Origin: Bacteroidota bacterium
GTDB taxonomy: Bacteria; Bacteroidota; Bacteroidia; Flavobacteriales; Flavobacteriaceae
NCBI GenBank assembly: GCA_023390775.1
Contig: JAEWCF010000014.1
Span: 2,881 to 66,880, forward strand
DNA: 64,000 bases
Direction of reading: 5' to 3'
Both the position numbers and the translations under genes were made by a program. Under the pieces are notes generated by a model, which made no database searches, was not told the DNA's origin, and saw only the letters and a program-made list of their open reading frames with translations. Shown in pieces: positions 18,353 to 27,972 of this stretch. How positions within the stretch are numbered: the stretch's first letter is position 1; every line of letters starts with the position of its first letter.

Positions 18353-18560
18353 AAAACAAAACCCTCCCGAAATGAATTCCGACAGGGTTTAAGGGAATGA
18401 ATCCCTGATATTGTTGGGTTTTTATCTGCTTTGTTTCCAGCGGTTGCTTCCTCAACCTGCAGATAGTGCTATGATGTAAAAGTACAACCGCAATGCGTGG
18501 AACACGTTGCAGAATTTTTTTAAAAGGTTACATAATTAACGGGTTCATAAAGTCTTAGCC

Positions 18561-18944
18561 GTGGAACAGTCATATCCTAGGGAAGAAAAGCTCAAGGGCC
18601 GAACTTTGATCAATTCGTTGTTCGCCGAGGGGAAATCGATTTCCCAGTATCCCGTGCGGCTGGTGTATGTTCCGGTCGATGGCCAGCAGGTCCCTTTGCG
18701 GATGGGGGTTTCGGTTTCAAAAAGGTACTTCAAGCGGGCAAACCGAAGGAATTACATCAAACGGTTGCTTCGCGAATGTTACCGGTTAAACAAGGGCGAT
18801 CTCCTGGGTGGGGACAGGCACTATGCCTGCATGCTCATTTATCAGTCCGGCGAGGAACCCCGATTTGAGGAACTGCAAAGCAAGGTCAAAAAATTGTTTG
18901 CCAAAGCCCTGGCGCAATGGACATCTGCTGACAACCCGAAATAA
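18561..18944 (+). CDS. rnpA: ribonuclease P protein component
   Basis: 127 aa, basic, with the YPREEKLKGRTLINSLFAEGKS N-terminus typical of RnpA. The start is a GTG and is uncertain. Confidence 0.75.
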   Translation: MEQSYPREEKLKGRTLINSLFAEGKSISQYPVRLVYVPVDGQQVPLRMGVSVSKRYFKRANRRNYIKRLLRECYRLNKGDLLGGDRHYACMLIYQSGEEPRFEELQSKVKKLFAKALAQWTSADNPK

Positions 18945-19002
18945 ATCCGGCGCTGCGGCGTTCCTAATTTTGTTACATTAGCCTGTTATAATTTTTCCAA
19001 AA

Positions 19003-20649
19003 ATGATTCAAAAGTTGCGCTTTATCAAGAAACGGTACGTGCTTCCGGTCATCGCCGGCGGCATGTTGTATGTGGGTGCGGGATTTAAGGAGGACTTCTT
19101 TGAAATCGCGAAGCAGATTGAAATCTTCACAACCATGTTCAAAGCCGTGAACATGAATTACGTGGACCAGACCAACCCGGCCGAACTCATGGACAAGGCG
19201 ATCAAGAGCATGCTTGCCGACCTGGATCCCTACACGGTGTACTTCAACGAGCAGGACGTGGTCAAATTCAAAATCAACAATACCGGCGAGTACACGGGAA
19301 TCGGTGCTATGATCACGCGAAAAGGAGGGAAGCTCATCATCAAAGAACCGTACAAGAATTATCCGGCGGACAAAGCGGGACTAAAGGCGGGTGACGAAAT
19401 CATCCAGATCGGCGAAGTCAATCTCGAGGACTTCAAGGAAGATGCGGGCCAATTGCTTAAGGGGGCGAAAAATGCAAAGATTGACGTGAAATACAGGCGA
19501 CAGGGGAAGGTCCAGTCAGCTACTATCGTGCTCGAGGAAGTAGAGCTCAAGGCCGTCCCGTTTTTCTCAAAAGTCGACGCGAAGACGGGTTACATCGTGC
19601 TCTCGCAATTCAATCGGAAAGCAACGCTTGAGACCAAGGAAGCACTCGAACAACTCAAGCGCGAGGGCGCCGAACGCATCGTCCTCGACCTTCGCGGGAA
19701 TCCGGGCGGGCTTTTGGCCGAGGCGGTCAACATCTGCAACCTCTTTGTTCCAAAAGGCGAGGTGATCGTGACCACGAAATCCAAGATCGAGAAGCACAAC
19801 AATACCTACAAAACGACCCGCGAGCCGATAGATACCGAGATACCGCTTGTCATTCTGGTCGATGGCCGAAGCGCCTCGGCATCGGAAATCGTGGCAGGAG
19901 CCCTTCAGGACCTCGACCGCGCCGTTATTGTGGGCAGCCGAAGTTTCGGGAAAGGATTGGTCCAAAGGCCGGTAGACCTGACCTATGGCACCCAGATCAA
20001 GATTACCATTTCGCGTTATTACACACCATCCGGCCGGTGCATCCAGGCGCTGGACTATGCGCACCGCGACCAGGAGGGCAAGGCGGTCCGGACCGATGCC
20101 ACGAAATACAACGCTTTCCGTACCCGCAAGGGCCGCACGGTTTACGATGGAGGCGGGATCCTGCCCGACGTGGAACTGACCGAAACCAAGCTCAGCCCCA
20201 TTTCGGAGGCGCTGGTCCGCAACGACGGCATCTTCAACTACGTGACTTATTACTATTACAAAAACCCCGCGCTCGGTGATAAGATCCCGACCATAACCGA
20301 TGCCGACTTCAATGATTTCAAGGCTTTCCTGAAAAAGGAAAATTTCTCTTTCGACACCGAAACCGAACTCGCCCTGAAGAAAACCCTGGAGGCCGCCAAG
20401 AAGGAACAGATCGATGCTTCCATTACATCCGAGTACCAACAGTTGCTGGCATCCCTGCAAAAAAGCGAAGAAAATCAGCTGAACCAGAACCAGAAAGAGA
20501 TTAAAAATCTACTTTTGGACGAAATTATAAAGCGGTACCAGTACAAGGAAGGGCTCTACCAGTATTACACCAAAAGCAATTCCGAGATCAAGAAAGCCAT
20601 CGCGATCCTGGACAATGCCGCCGAATACAACAAGATCCTAAAGCTGTAA
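19003..20649 (+). CDS. S41 family C-terminal processing peptidase
   Basis: PDZ region (GDEIIQIG), DLRGNPGG and SASASEI motifs. Confidence 0.9.
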   Translation: MIQKLRFIKKRYVLPVIAGGMLYVGAGFKEDFFEIAKQIEIFTTMFKAVNMNYVDQTNPAELMDKAIKSMLADLDPYTVYFNEQDVVKFKINNTGEYTGIGAMITRKGGKLIIKEPYKNYPADKAGLKAGDEIIQIGEVNLEDFKEDAGQLLKGAKNAKIDVKYRRQGKVQSATIVLEEVELKAVPFFSKVDAKTGYIVLSQFNRKATLETKEALEQLKREGAERIVLDLRGNPGGLLAEAVNICNLFVPKGEVIVTTKSKIEKHNNTYKTTREPIDTEIPLVILVDGRSASASEIVAGALQDLDRAVIVGSRSFGKGLVQRPVDLTYGTQIKITISRYYTPSGRCIQALDYAHRDQEGKAVRTDATKYNAFRTRKGRTVYDGGGILPDVELTETKLSPISEALVRNDGIFNYVTYYYYKNPALGDKIPTITDADFNDFKAFLKKENFSFDTETELALKKTLEAAKKEQIDASITSEYQQLLASLQKSEENQLNQNQKEIKNLLLDEIIKRYQYKEGLYQYYTKSNSEIKKAIAILDNAAEYNKILKL

Positions 20650-21465
20650 ATGAAGCATTTTCTCAGGTTGTTGCCGCTGCTTTTCTTTGGATGGGTACAG
20701 GCGCAGGAAGAAGTGGTCCAATCGGTCTACTTTGATTTCGACAAATTTTCCCTTGACCCCAAGCAGGAGCAGGCGGTGGTGAATTTCATCAAATCCACCG
20801 ATTCCACCCGTATCGAATCGGTGGAAATCTTCGGCTATACTGACGATATCGGGAAAGAAGCGTACAATTTCAAGCTATCGACCAACCGCGCGAACACCAT
20901 CCGCGAAGCGCTGCTCAAAAACGGCATCCGCAACAAGATCATCGTGACCATCGAGGGCAAGGGCCGCATTCTCATCGATGACGACATCGTCGAAAACCTT
21001 CCTGAAAAGCGATCGAAAAACCGACGCGTCGACGTCGTGCTCAATCTCAAGGAATTGCCCAAGATCGAACTCCCGGGCTTTTACACATCGGTACAAAAAA
21101 AGCACGTCGTTGGTGACCACATTTATCTGGAAAACCTGCTGTTCGAGCGCGGAAGCAGCAAACTCACCATGAAGGCCAAGACGCAATTGGACGGCATCGC
21201 GCGGCAACTCTTGAAGTACAAGAATTTGCAGTTCGAGGTCCAGGGACACGTATGCTGTACGCCGCCGTATCAAAAAGAGGCCATTGACCGCGAGACCCGC
21301 AAGCGTCAACTCTCACAAAACCGCGCCGAATCGGTATACAAATACCTTGTTTTCAAGAAAATTGCCAAGAACCGCATGACCTTCAAGGGATACGGGAACA
21401 CCGTCCCGCTCGGCAAGGGCGCCGAATACGACCGCCGCGTTGAGTTGGTGATCACCAAAATCTAG
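20650..21465 (+). CDS. OmpA family protein (two OmpA-like repeats)
   Basis: Signal peptide, YFDFDKFSL and NRRVDV / DRRVEL OmpA_C-type motifs. Confidence 0.8.
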   Translation: MKHFLRLLPLLFFGWVQAQEEVVQSVYFDFDKFSLDPKQEQAVVNFIKSTDSTRIESVEIFGYTDDIGKEAYNFKLSTNRANTIREALLKNGIRNKIIVTIEGKGRILIDDDIVENLPEKRSKNRRVDVVLNLKELPKIELPGFYTSVQKKHVVGDHIYLENLLFERGSSKLTMKAKTQLDGIARQLLKYKNLQFEVQGHVCCTPPYQKEAIDRETRKRQLSQNRAESVYKYLVFKKIAKNRMTFKGYGNTVPLGKGAEYDRRVELVITKI

Positions 21466-21466
21466 A

Positions 21467-21916
21467 TTAGCCGCGCCGAATCATCCGGATATGTGGGATG
21501 TCATCTTCCAGGTAGGTTTCGCCCTTGACGGCAAATCCGTGGAACTCATAAAATTTTTTCAGGTAAAGCTGTGCCGATATCTCGATGTCGACCGCCCCAA
21601 ATTCGCGATGGATGTCGGTGATGGCCACGCGCATTAGGTCATGGCCCCATTTGCGGTCCCGAAACTCGCGCGCAATCACCACCCGGCCAATCGACGCAAG
21701 TTCAAAATAATCCCCCGGCCTGAACAATCTGGCGTAGGCCACGATGCGCTCCCCGAAAAAGCCCAAAAGGTGGATCGCGCCCTGGTCTTTATTGTCAATA
21801 TCCTGATAGACGCAATCCTGTTCCACCACAAAGACTTCCGACCGCAACCGCAGCACTTGGTATAGTTCGGGTATCGAAAGGCCGTCAAAAGGGCTTATTT
21901 TCCATTTTAGTGCCAT
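21467..21916 (-). CDS. GNAT family N-acetyltransferase (ElaA-like)
   Basis: 149 aa with the LRSEVFVVEQDCVYQDID pattern typical of ElaA-type GNATs. Confidence 0.8.
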   Translation of the reverse strand: MALKWKISPFDGLSIPELYQVLRLRSEVFVVEQDCVYQDIDNKDQGAIHLLGFFGERIVAYARLFRPGDYFELASIGRVVIAREFRDRKWGHDLMRVAITDIHREFGAVDIEISAQLYLKKFYEFHGFAVKGETYLEDDIPHIRMIRRG

Positions 21917-22881
21917 CAGTCCAATTTAAGGGTTTTAATTATGGCCTCGAGTTCGTGCATCAGGTCGCGTTTTTCCTTTGACGGCGCGTAGCAAAAACCC
22001 TCGAGCACCAGGATGCGCGATCGTTTTGGGTCACGAATCGCAAAATTAATGAAGGGCCCCGACATGAAGTCATTGCGAAGCTCCCACGTCCCTTTTGACT
22101 CGAGCGCCTTGTGACCGGCGACCGTCGTCTCGCGGATGTACGGCGCATAGGCCCCTTCGGTCACCATGGGGCTGTCGGGCACCGTTCCGTGGATATAGGC
22201 AGCCCCGATCGAATCCCTGATCCGCGTAAGGTTATTGACGAGTTCCGGGCCCGGCACAAGTGCATCCATCGGCAATTCATATATCAAAAGGCTTGTATTG
22301 CCGCTGATGATCTCGCGTTTCAGCCAGGTAAATTTCGGGCCTTCGCGCACGATTTTGTACGCGGTGGGAATATCCAGCGCAATCCCGAATTTTGCCTTCA
22401 ACGGCGCTATATCCAAAAGCGAACTATCCATGCGCTGTTGCGCTTCCCGCAATTCGGTGGCCTTGATGATTTCAACGATCTGGGGTGCGCGCTGCTCGAT
22501 CATTTGGAGCAGTTCGGGAATGTTGCGCCCGGAAATCCTGATGATGTTTACCGGCGCCCCGCTCTTCCGCGAATCGATTTCAAATTTCTTCTCGCCGGTC
22601 TTGATGACGATGATGCTCCGGGTGTTGGTCGTAAACCCCTCAAGCAATTTGAGCGGGTACTGATTGATCGTAAAAAGCGGTTCTTCCTGGGGAAGCCCCG
22701 TGACCGGCGAGGCGAATTTGGTGCGGATCGTGTCGCCGACCTCTCCATTCCAAAGCAGGTCGTCAATGATGACCGAAATGTGGTTTATCTGCCCCGATGA
22801 CAACGCCTGATGCCTTTCGTCGCCGCGTTGGCACGCCGTAAACAGGGGTAGGGCACACAAAAAAAGAAGGGCTTTCTTCAT
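21916..22881 (-). CDS. lipoprotein, DUF4837-like
   Basis: Lipobox LFTAC. The family assignment is from memory only. Confidence 0.55.
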   Translation of the reverse strand: MKKALLFLCALPLFTACQRGDERHQALSSGQINHISVIIDDLLWNGEVGDTIRTKFASPVTGLPQEEPLFTINQYPLKLLEGFTTNTRSIIVIKTGEKKFEIDSRKSGAPVNIIRISGRNIPELLQMIEQRAPQIVEIIKATELREAQQRMDSSLLDIAPLKAKFGIALDIPTAYKIVREGPKFTWLKREIISGNTSLLIYELPMDALVPGPELVNNLTRIRDSIGAAYIHGTVPDSPMVTEGAYAPYIRETTVAGHKALESKGTWELRNDFMSGPFINFAIRDPKRSRILVLEGFCYAPSKEKRDLMHELEAIIKTLKLD

Positions 22882-22925
22882 ACACCGAAGTTATGAAAAA
22901 AGCCCTTGTTTCTTTATGATTTTGG

Positions 22926-24914
22926 CTACCCGTTTATTTTTAGCTTCATGCCGGGCTTGATGTTTTCGCTGCGGATACCGTTCCATTTCTTGATATCGGA
23001 GACAGTGATGCCGGGATACTTCTTGGCGATGCTGAACAGGGAATCCCCCTTGCGCACCAAATACTCGTGAGCGCTGGAAACGCGGTCGGCTTTGGAAGAT
23101 TTTTCGGCCACGGCTTCCGAACCCACTTCAACCTTCGCAATGATCAGTTTTGAACCTACGTGGATATTGTTGTCCTTCAGGTTGTTCCACTCGCGCAACT
23201 GCTCAAGGGAAACATTGTTTTTCCGGGCGATGATACCCAGAAAGTCGCCTTTGCGAACGGTGTACTCCACGTTCCGGACTTCGGGCTTGGCCGCTTCGGC
23301 GACTTCATTTTCCTCTTTCGCCTTCACCGTGATTTTAGTGCCGGCCAAAAGATTGTTGTCCTCAAAATTGTTCCACTCCTTGATATCGGAAACCGACACA
23401 TTGTACTTGCGTGCGATGGTGGTCAGGTTTTCACCCGGTTGCACAACATGTGATTCGGCAACGGCGGCCGCTTCGCCATTTTCCTTTTCAACAACGGCAA
23501 CCTCGGTGGTTTTGGCCTCTGTAGGCTTTTCGGCCTTTTTCGGCTTGACCGCCACCATTTCGGTGGTACGGATCTTCAGGCTCTTGCCAGCCGCGACGGT
23601 ATTCGACCTCAATCCGTTCCATTTTTTCAACTGCGAAATAGATACGCCGTAACGAGCCGCGATCGAGCTCAGGTTGTCTCCGCGGCGGACTTTGTGGTAA
23701 CGCGTCCGAGTCGTGCTGATGCGATCGGCATCGCCCGAAGCCGTGTCCCGCGAAACCGTGCGGGCCGCATAAGCCTGCTGCGAAGAATACGGTTTTTCCC
23801 TCAACGATTCCTGATACGCGGCATAAGCGTACACTTTGTCCTCATTCGCAGAGAAAAGGGCCACCTTGTCCTGCGGAAGCCTCAGATAGTGTTTCTTATC
23901 GGAATAGTTGGGAACGGTTTTCAGTTTATATGAAGGGTTCATCATTTCAATCTGCGCAACCGGAATGTCCAGCATCTCCGAAAGCTGCTTGAAGGTCAAC
24001 TGGCGCTTGATGTGGATCGTGTCGGTCTGGAAATGCTTGACCAGCGCGCGATCGGGAACAATGCCGTGCTCCTTGTGGTACTCGTAGATGTACATCGTCG
24101 CCAGGAATGCCGGTACATAGCCCGCGGTTTCGTTTGGCAGGTATTTGCGGATGTTCCAATAGTTCTGCCTGCCTCCCGAACGGCGGATTGCCTTGGCGAC
24201 ATTGCCGGGCCCGGAGTTATACGATGCAAGGACCAGGTCCCAATCGCCGAAAATCTTGTACATGTTGCTCATGTACTGGGCCGCCGCCTCGCTGGATTTC
24301 AACGGGTCGCTGCGCTCGTCCACATACGAATCGATGTGAAGGTTGTACTGCTTGCCCGTCTGGTACATGAACTGCCAAAGTCCCGTAGCGCCCACACGGG
24401 ACACGGCTTTGGGGTTCAGGGCAGATTCGACGATCGCCAGGTACTTGATCTCGAGCGGGACATTTTGCCGCGCGAGCGCCTCCTCGAACACCGGGAAATA
24501 ATACTCGCTGATGGCCATTAGCCTCTCGTAGGATTTCTTTCGGTTCTTGAGGAATGATTTGATGATATTCTCCAACCCCGGATTGTATTCGATGTTGAAG
24601 GGGGACTTTGCATCGAGTTTGGCAAGGCGCTCCTTGAGCAAAGACGTAGGAAGGTCATAATCCACCTTTTCCTCAGGGTTCATCTTGCGGATGTCATCGC
24701 TCAAATTGCTGTAAAGGTCCAGGCTGGTCAATTCCTTGAGCCAAAGGCTGTCCACGCACGAGGCCATGGCGTCGTGTACGAAGGTGGCTTTGATGGAGTC
24801 GAGGAAGGAGAGCTTGGTTTCGGTCTTAACGATGGAATCTGGGGAAATTTCCTGCGCCGAGAGTCCAATCGTACAAAAAGAAATCAGGGCTAAGGCGGTA
24901 TGCTTTATTGTCAT
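22926..24914 (-). CDS. lytic transglycosylase (MltD-like) with multiple C-terminal LysM domains
   Basis: SLT core AIVESALNPKAVSRVGATGLWQFM, followed by four LysM-like repeats (Y.V..GD.L..IA.KY). The start was chosen at MTIKHTALAL (signal peptide). Confidence 0.88.
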   Translation of the reverse strand: MTIKHTALALISFCTIGLSAQEISPDSIVKTETKLSFLDSIKATFVHDAMASCVDSLWLKELTSLDLYSNLSDDIRKMNPEEKVDYDLPTSLLKERLAKLDAKSPFNIEYNPGLENIIKSFLKNRKKSYERLMAISEYYFPVFEEALARQNVPLEIKYLAIVESALNPKAVSRVGATGLWQFMYQTGKQYNLHIDSYVDERSDPLKSSEAAAQYMSNMYKIFGDWDLVLASYNSGPGNVAKAIRRSGGRQNYWNIRKYLPNETAGYVPAFLATMYIYEYHKEHGIVPDRALVKHFQTDTIHIKRQLTFKQLSEMLDIPVAQIEMMNPSYKLKTVPNYSDKKHYLRLPQDKVALFSANEDKVYAYAAYQESLREKPYSSQQAYAARTVSRDTASGDADRISTTRTRYHKVRRGDNLSSIAARYGVSISQLKKWNGLRSNTVAAGKSLKIRTTEMVAVKPKKAEKPTEAKTTEVAVVEKENGEAAAVAESHVVQPGENLTTIARKYNVSVSDIKEWNNFEDNNLLAGTKITVKAKEENEVAEAAKPEVRNVEYTVRKGDFLGIIARKNNVSLEQLREWNNLKDNNIHVGSKLIIAKVEVGSEAVAEKSSKADRVSSAHEYLVRKGDSLFSIAKKYPGITVSDIKKWNGIRSENIKPGMKLKING

Positions 24915-25110
24915 ATCGTCGTTTTTATTTGACGCGTAAGTCATTGGTTTGGGGAACTTTACGCGGCTTTATTACGGATTAGGTCATTTTGGCTTTTAAC
25001 ACAAAAGCTTACTAATCAAAGCATTGTGTTTTGCAAACATAATAATTCTGTAACAAAAGATTATAATTTTATAACCTTAAAATTTCGTTATTATTATCCG
25101 GCACGCCAAA

Positions 25111-26298
25111 TTATTCCTCGATCGCGGCAATTCCCGGAAGCGTTTTTCCCTCCAGCATTTCCAGCATTGCGCCGCCCCCCGTTGAGACGTAACTCATCTG
25201 GTCTTCAAGCCCGAACTGCTTTACCGCCGCCACCGAATCGCCTCCGCCAACCAGGGAAAATGCACCGTTTTGGGTTGCTTTTGCAATTGATTTGCCCAGT
25301 TGGATCGTGCCATTGGCAAAATTTTCCATTTCAAAAACCCCAAGCGGGCCGTTCCAGAGGATCGTACGCGAATCGGCTACGATCTGGTCGAATATCTTCA
25401 GCGACTCCGGGCCCGCATCCAGCCCTTGCCAGCCTTTTGGAATGTTCCTTACATCCACGATTTGCGTGTTGGCGTCATTGTCAAACTTATCGGCGGCCAC
25501 CACATCGAGCGGAAGGTGGATGTGTACGTTCTTCTCGGCCGCTTTGCGCAGGATCTCAAGCGCGAGGTCCAATTTGTCATCCTCGCAAATCGAATCCCCG
25601 ACCTCGCCGCCCAGCGCCTTGATGAAGGTGAAGGTCATCCCTCCGCCCACAATCATGTTGTCGATTTTGTCCAGGATATTCTCGATGACCGTGATTTTGG
25701 AAGACACCTTCGAACCTCCCAGGATGGCGGTTACCGGCTTCTCACTGTTCTTGAGCACGCGTTCCAGGCTTTCGATTTCCTTGGCCAGCAACAGCCCGAA
25801 AACTTTGGCTTCGGGAAAGAATTCGGCGATGATGGCGGTCGATGCGTGTGCGCGGTGCGCCGTACCGAATGCGTCGTTTACGTAAATGTCGCCCAATTGC
25901 GATAGCTCCTTGGCAAAATCGCGGTCGCCCTCCTCTTCTTCGGCATAAAACCGAAGGTTCTCCAGCAACAGGACCTCGCCCGGTTGCAGGGCGGCCGCGG
26001 CATCAGAGGCTACTTTACCTCGACAGTCATCGGCAAATTTCACATCGGTGCCCAAAATTTCTGATACTTTGCCTGCAATGTGCCGCAAGGAATACTTGTC
26101 CTGCTTTCCCTTCGGCCTGCCCAGGTGCGACATCAGGATGACGCTTCCGCCGTTGTCAAGGATATGTTTGATCGTCGGGGCGGCGGCTTCGATCCGGGTC
26201 GCGTCGGTTACATTAAATTCTTCGTCCAACGGAACATTGAAATCAACGCGGATAAGGGCTTTTTTGGATCTGAAGTCGAAATCTTGGAGCTTTTTCAT
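25111..26298 (-). CDS. pgk: phosphoglycerate kinase
   Basis: [25 protein letters not shown]..., 395 aa. The track ORF 25111..27057 is an upstream read-through extension. Confidence 0.95.
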   Translation of the reverse strand: MKKLQDFDFRSKKALIRVDFNVPLDEEFNVTDATRIEAAAPTIKHILDNGGSVILMSHLGRPKGKQDKYSLRHIAGKVSEILGTDVKFADDCRGKVASDAAAALQPGEVLLLENLRFYAEEEEGDRDFAKELSQLGDIYVNDAFGTAHRAHASTAIIAEFFPEAKVFGLLLAKEIESLERVLKNSEKPVTAILGGSKVSSKITVIENILDKIDNMIVGGGMTFTFIKALGGEVGDSICEDDKLDLALEILRKAAEKNVHIHLPLDVVAADKFDNDANTQIVDVRNIPKGWQGLDAGPESLKIFDQIVADSRTILWNGPLGVFEMENFANGTIQLGKSIAKATQNGAFSLVGGGDSVAAVKQFGLEDQMSYVSTGGGAMLEMLEGKTLPGIAAIEE

Positions 26299-26322
26299 AA
26301 TGTGGTTTTTTATCGGCAACCG

Positions 26323-26330
26323 CAAATTTA
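26323..26330 (-). promoter_or_regulatory. candidate -7 box TAAATTTG for pgk
   Basis: TAnnTTTG match on the minus strand, 25 nt upstream of the ATG at 26298. Confidence 0.35.
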
Positions 26331-26427
26331 ACCATTTTGTGCTGCAGGAAAAAGTTCCCGTGAAAGAGTAGGGGAGGCGACGCCGGCAATGTAAGGCGAA
26401 ACCGTACCCGGCGCTACGCGGAATCGC

Positions 26428-26435
26428 TATATTTG
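26428..26435 (+). promoter_or_regulatory. candidate -7 box TATATTTG for holB, only 4 nt before the ATG
   Basis: Exact TAnnTTTG match. The ATG is at 26440. Confidence 0.3.
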
Positions 26436-26439
26436 CTTC

Positions 26440-27588
26440 ATGCAATTTTACGACATCCCCGGCCAGGAGTATATCAAGACACACCTGAGGCAAAGTGCAG
26501 CATCGGGCCGCATCGCCCACGCACAACTCTTTGTGGGCCCCGAAGGTTCGGGCATGCTGGCCACGGCCATCGCCTATGCACAGTATATCCTGTGCGGAAA
26601 CCTGGGAAGCGAGAACTCCGGGGGCAACGAGGCCTGCAACCTCAAATTCTCGACATTGTCGCATCCCGATCTGCATTTCGTTTATCCGACGGTTTCCACC
26701 GAAGAGGTCAAGTCCAAACCCAAGAGCCTCGATTTCATCGCCGAATGGAGGGAATTCGTGCTTGCCAATCCGCACGGAAGCCTTTTTGACTGGTACCAGA
26801 CGCTCGAGGTGGCCAACAAGCAGGGATTGATCAGGGTTGAGGATGCCGCAGAGGTGCTCAAGGTCCTGTCGCTCAAACCTTTTGAAGGCGGGTACAAAAT
26901 TATGATCGTCTGGATGGCCGACAAGATGAACATCGAAGCCTCCAACAAATTGTTGAAGATTATCGAAGAACCGCCCCAGAAAACCGTCTTCATCCTGATC
27001 ACCGAAAACGAGGAGGACATCGTACAGACCATCCGCTCCCGTTGCCAGGTGCTGCACTTCGGCCCGATTCCGGAAGAAATCCTCGCCGAGACATTGGTTT
27101 CACGTGAAAACGCCGACCCCCGGCTCGCCCGAAACCTGGCGCGCCAGTCGCAGGGAAATTATTCAAAGGCCCTTCATCTTTTGCACGGGGACAGCGAGGA
27201 ACTGCCGTTTGAGGAATGGTTTGTATTGTGGGTCCGTGCGGCGTTCAGGGCCAAGGGAAACGCCTCGGCAATTTCGGACCTGATTTCCTGGAGCGAGAAA
27301 ATCGCTGCCCTGGGGCGGGAGACCCAAAAAAAATTCCTGCACTTTTGCATCGATATGTTCCGGCAGGCGCTCCTGCTCAATTACCAGGCGACGAGCCTCG
27401 TGTATATCGAACCGAAGGTGGATAAATTCAAGCTTGAGAATTTTGCGCCGTTTGTCAATGGGAACAATATCGGCGAGATATTCGAGGAGCTTTCTTCCGC
27501 GGTGTATCACATCGAGCGAAACGGAAACGCCAAGATCATCCTGACCGACCTGTCCATAAAACTAACCCGTCTCATCCATAAAAAATAA
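26440..27588 (+). CDS. holB: DNA polymerase III subunit delta' (clamp-loader AAA+ protein)
   Basis: [13 protein letters not shown] and LLKIIEEPP motifs, 382 aa. Confidence 0.85.
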   Translation: MQFYDIPGQEYIKTHLRQSAASGRIAHAQLFVGPEGSGMLATAIAYAQYILCGNLGSENSGGNEACNLKFSTLSHPDLHFVYPTVSTEEVKSKPKSLDFIAEWREFVLANPHGSLFDWYQTLEVANKQGLIRVEDAAEVLKVLSLKPFEGGYKIMIVWMADKMNIEASNKLLKIIEEPPQKTVFILITENEEDIVQTIRSRCQVLHFGPIPEEILAETLVSRENADPRLARNLARQSQGNYSKALHLLHGDSEELPFEEWFVLWVRAAFRAKGNASAISDLISWSEKIAALGRETQKKFLHFCIDMFRQALLLNYQATSLVYIEPKVDKFKLENFAPFVNGNNIGEIFEELSSAVYHIERNGNAKIILTDLSIKLTRLIHKK

Positions 27589-27591
27589 GCC

Positions 27592-27972
27592 ATGAACATA
27601 GCATCGATGCTCATCCTCATTTACCTGGGAATCACGTTTGTGCAATCCGGTTACGACAAAATCATGGACTGGCGGTCAAATGTGGACTGGCTAAAGGACC
27701 ATTTTTCCAAAACTTTCCTTTCGGGCATGGTTCCGCAGGCTTTGCTGGTAATTTTGGCAGTTGAACTGATCGCGGGAGTGCTTTGTTTTGCTGGCGTACT
27801 GGAGCTCTGGCTCTACAACGGTCGCGTCACCGGTTACTACGGCGCCGTGTTTTCGTGCATTGCCTTGATTTTCCTCCTGTTCGGGCAGCGAATTGCCAAG
27901 GATTACGAGGGGGCAAAAACCATTACCATTTACTTTATTCCGGCTGTTCTTGCGGTACATTGGCTAAGCTAG
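27592..27972 (+). CDS. DoxX-like small integral membrane protein
   Basis: 126 aa with four predicted TM segments. The family call is tentative. Confidence 0.5.
   Translation: MNIASMLILIYLGITFVQSGYDKIMDWRSNVDWLKDHFSKTFLSGMVPQALLVILAVELIAGVLCFAGVLELWLYNGRVTGYYGAVFSCIALIFLLFGQRIAKDYEGAKTITIYFIPAVLAVHWLS

Noticed and set aside
18353-18560. Looked for rpmH (L34) or an RNA gene upstream of rnpA, and for a terminator after the M1 peptidase gene
   Set aside because: No L34-like small ORF is present in any frame I read. Two small hairpins (AAACCCT...AGGGTTT at about 18368-18400 and AGGGA-atgaa-TCCCT at about 18402-18416) lack U-tracts, so I do not call a terminator or ncRNA.
20650-24914. OmpA / GNAT / lipoprotein / LysM-transglycosylase cluster as a possible novel envelope system
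   Set aside because: The genes are on different strands with ordinary family memberships. There is no unusual sequence signal beyond adjacency.
26299-27057. N-terminal 253-aa extension of the pgk ORF (track ORF 25111..27057)
   Set aside because: The extension runs antisense through holB and has no PGK homology. The canonical PGK N-terminus MKKLQDFDF... starts at 26298 and has a TAnnTTTG box upstream.
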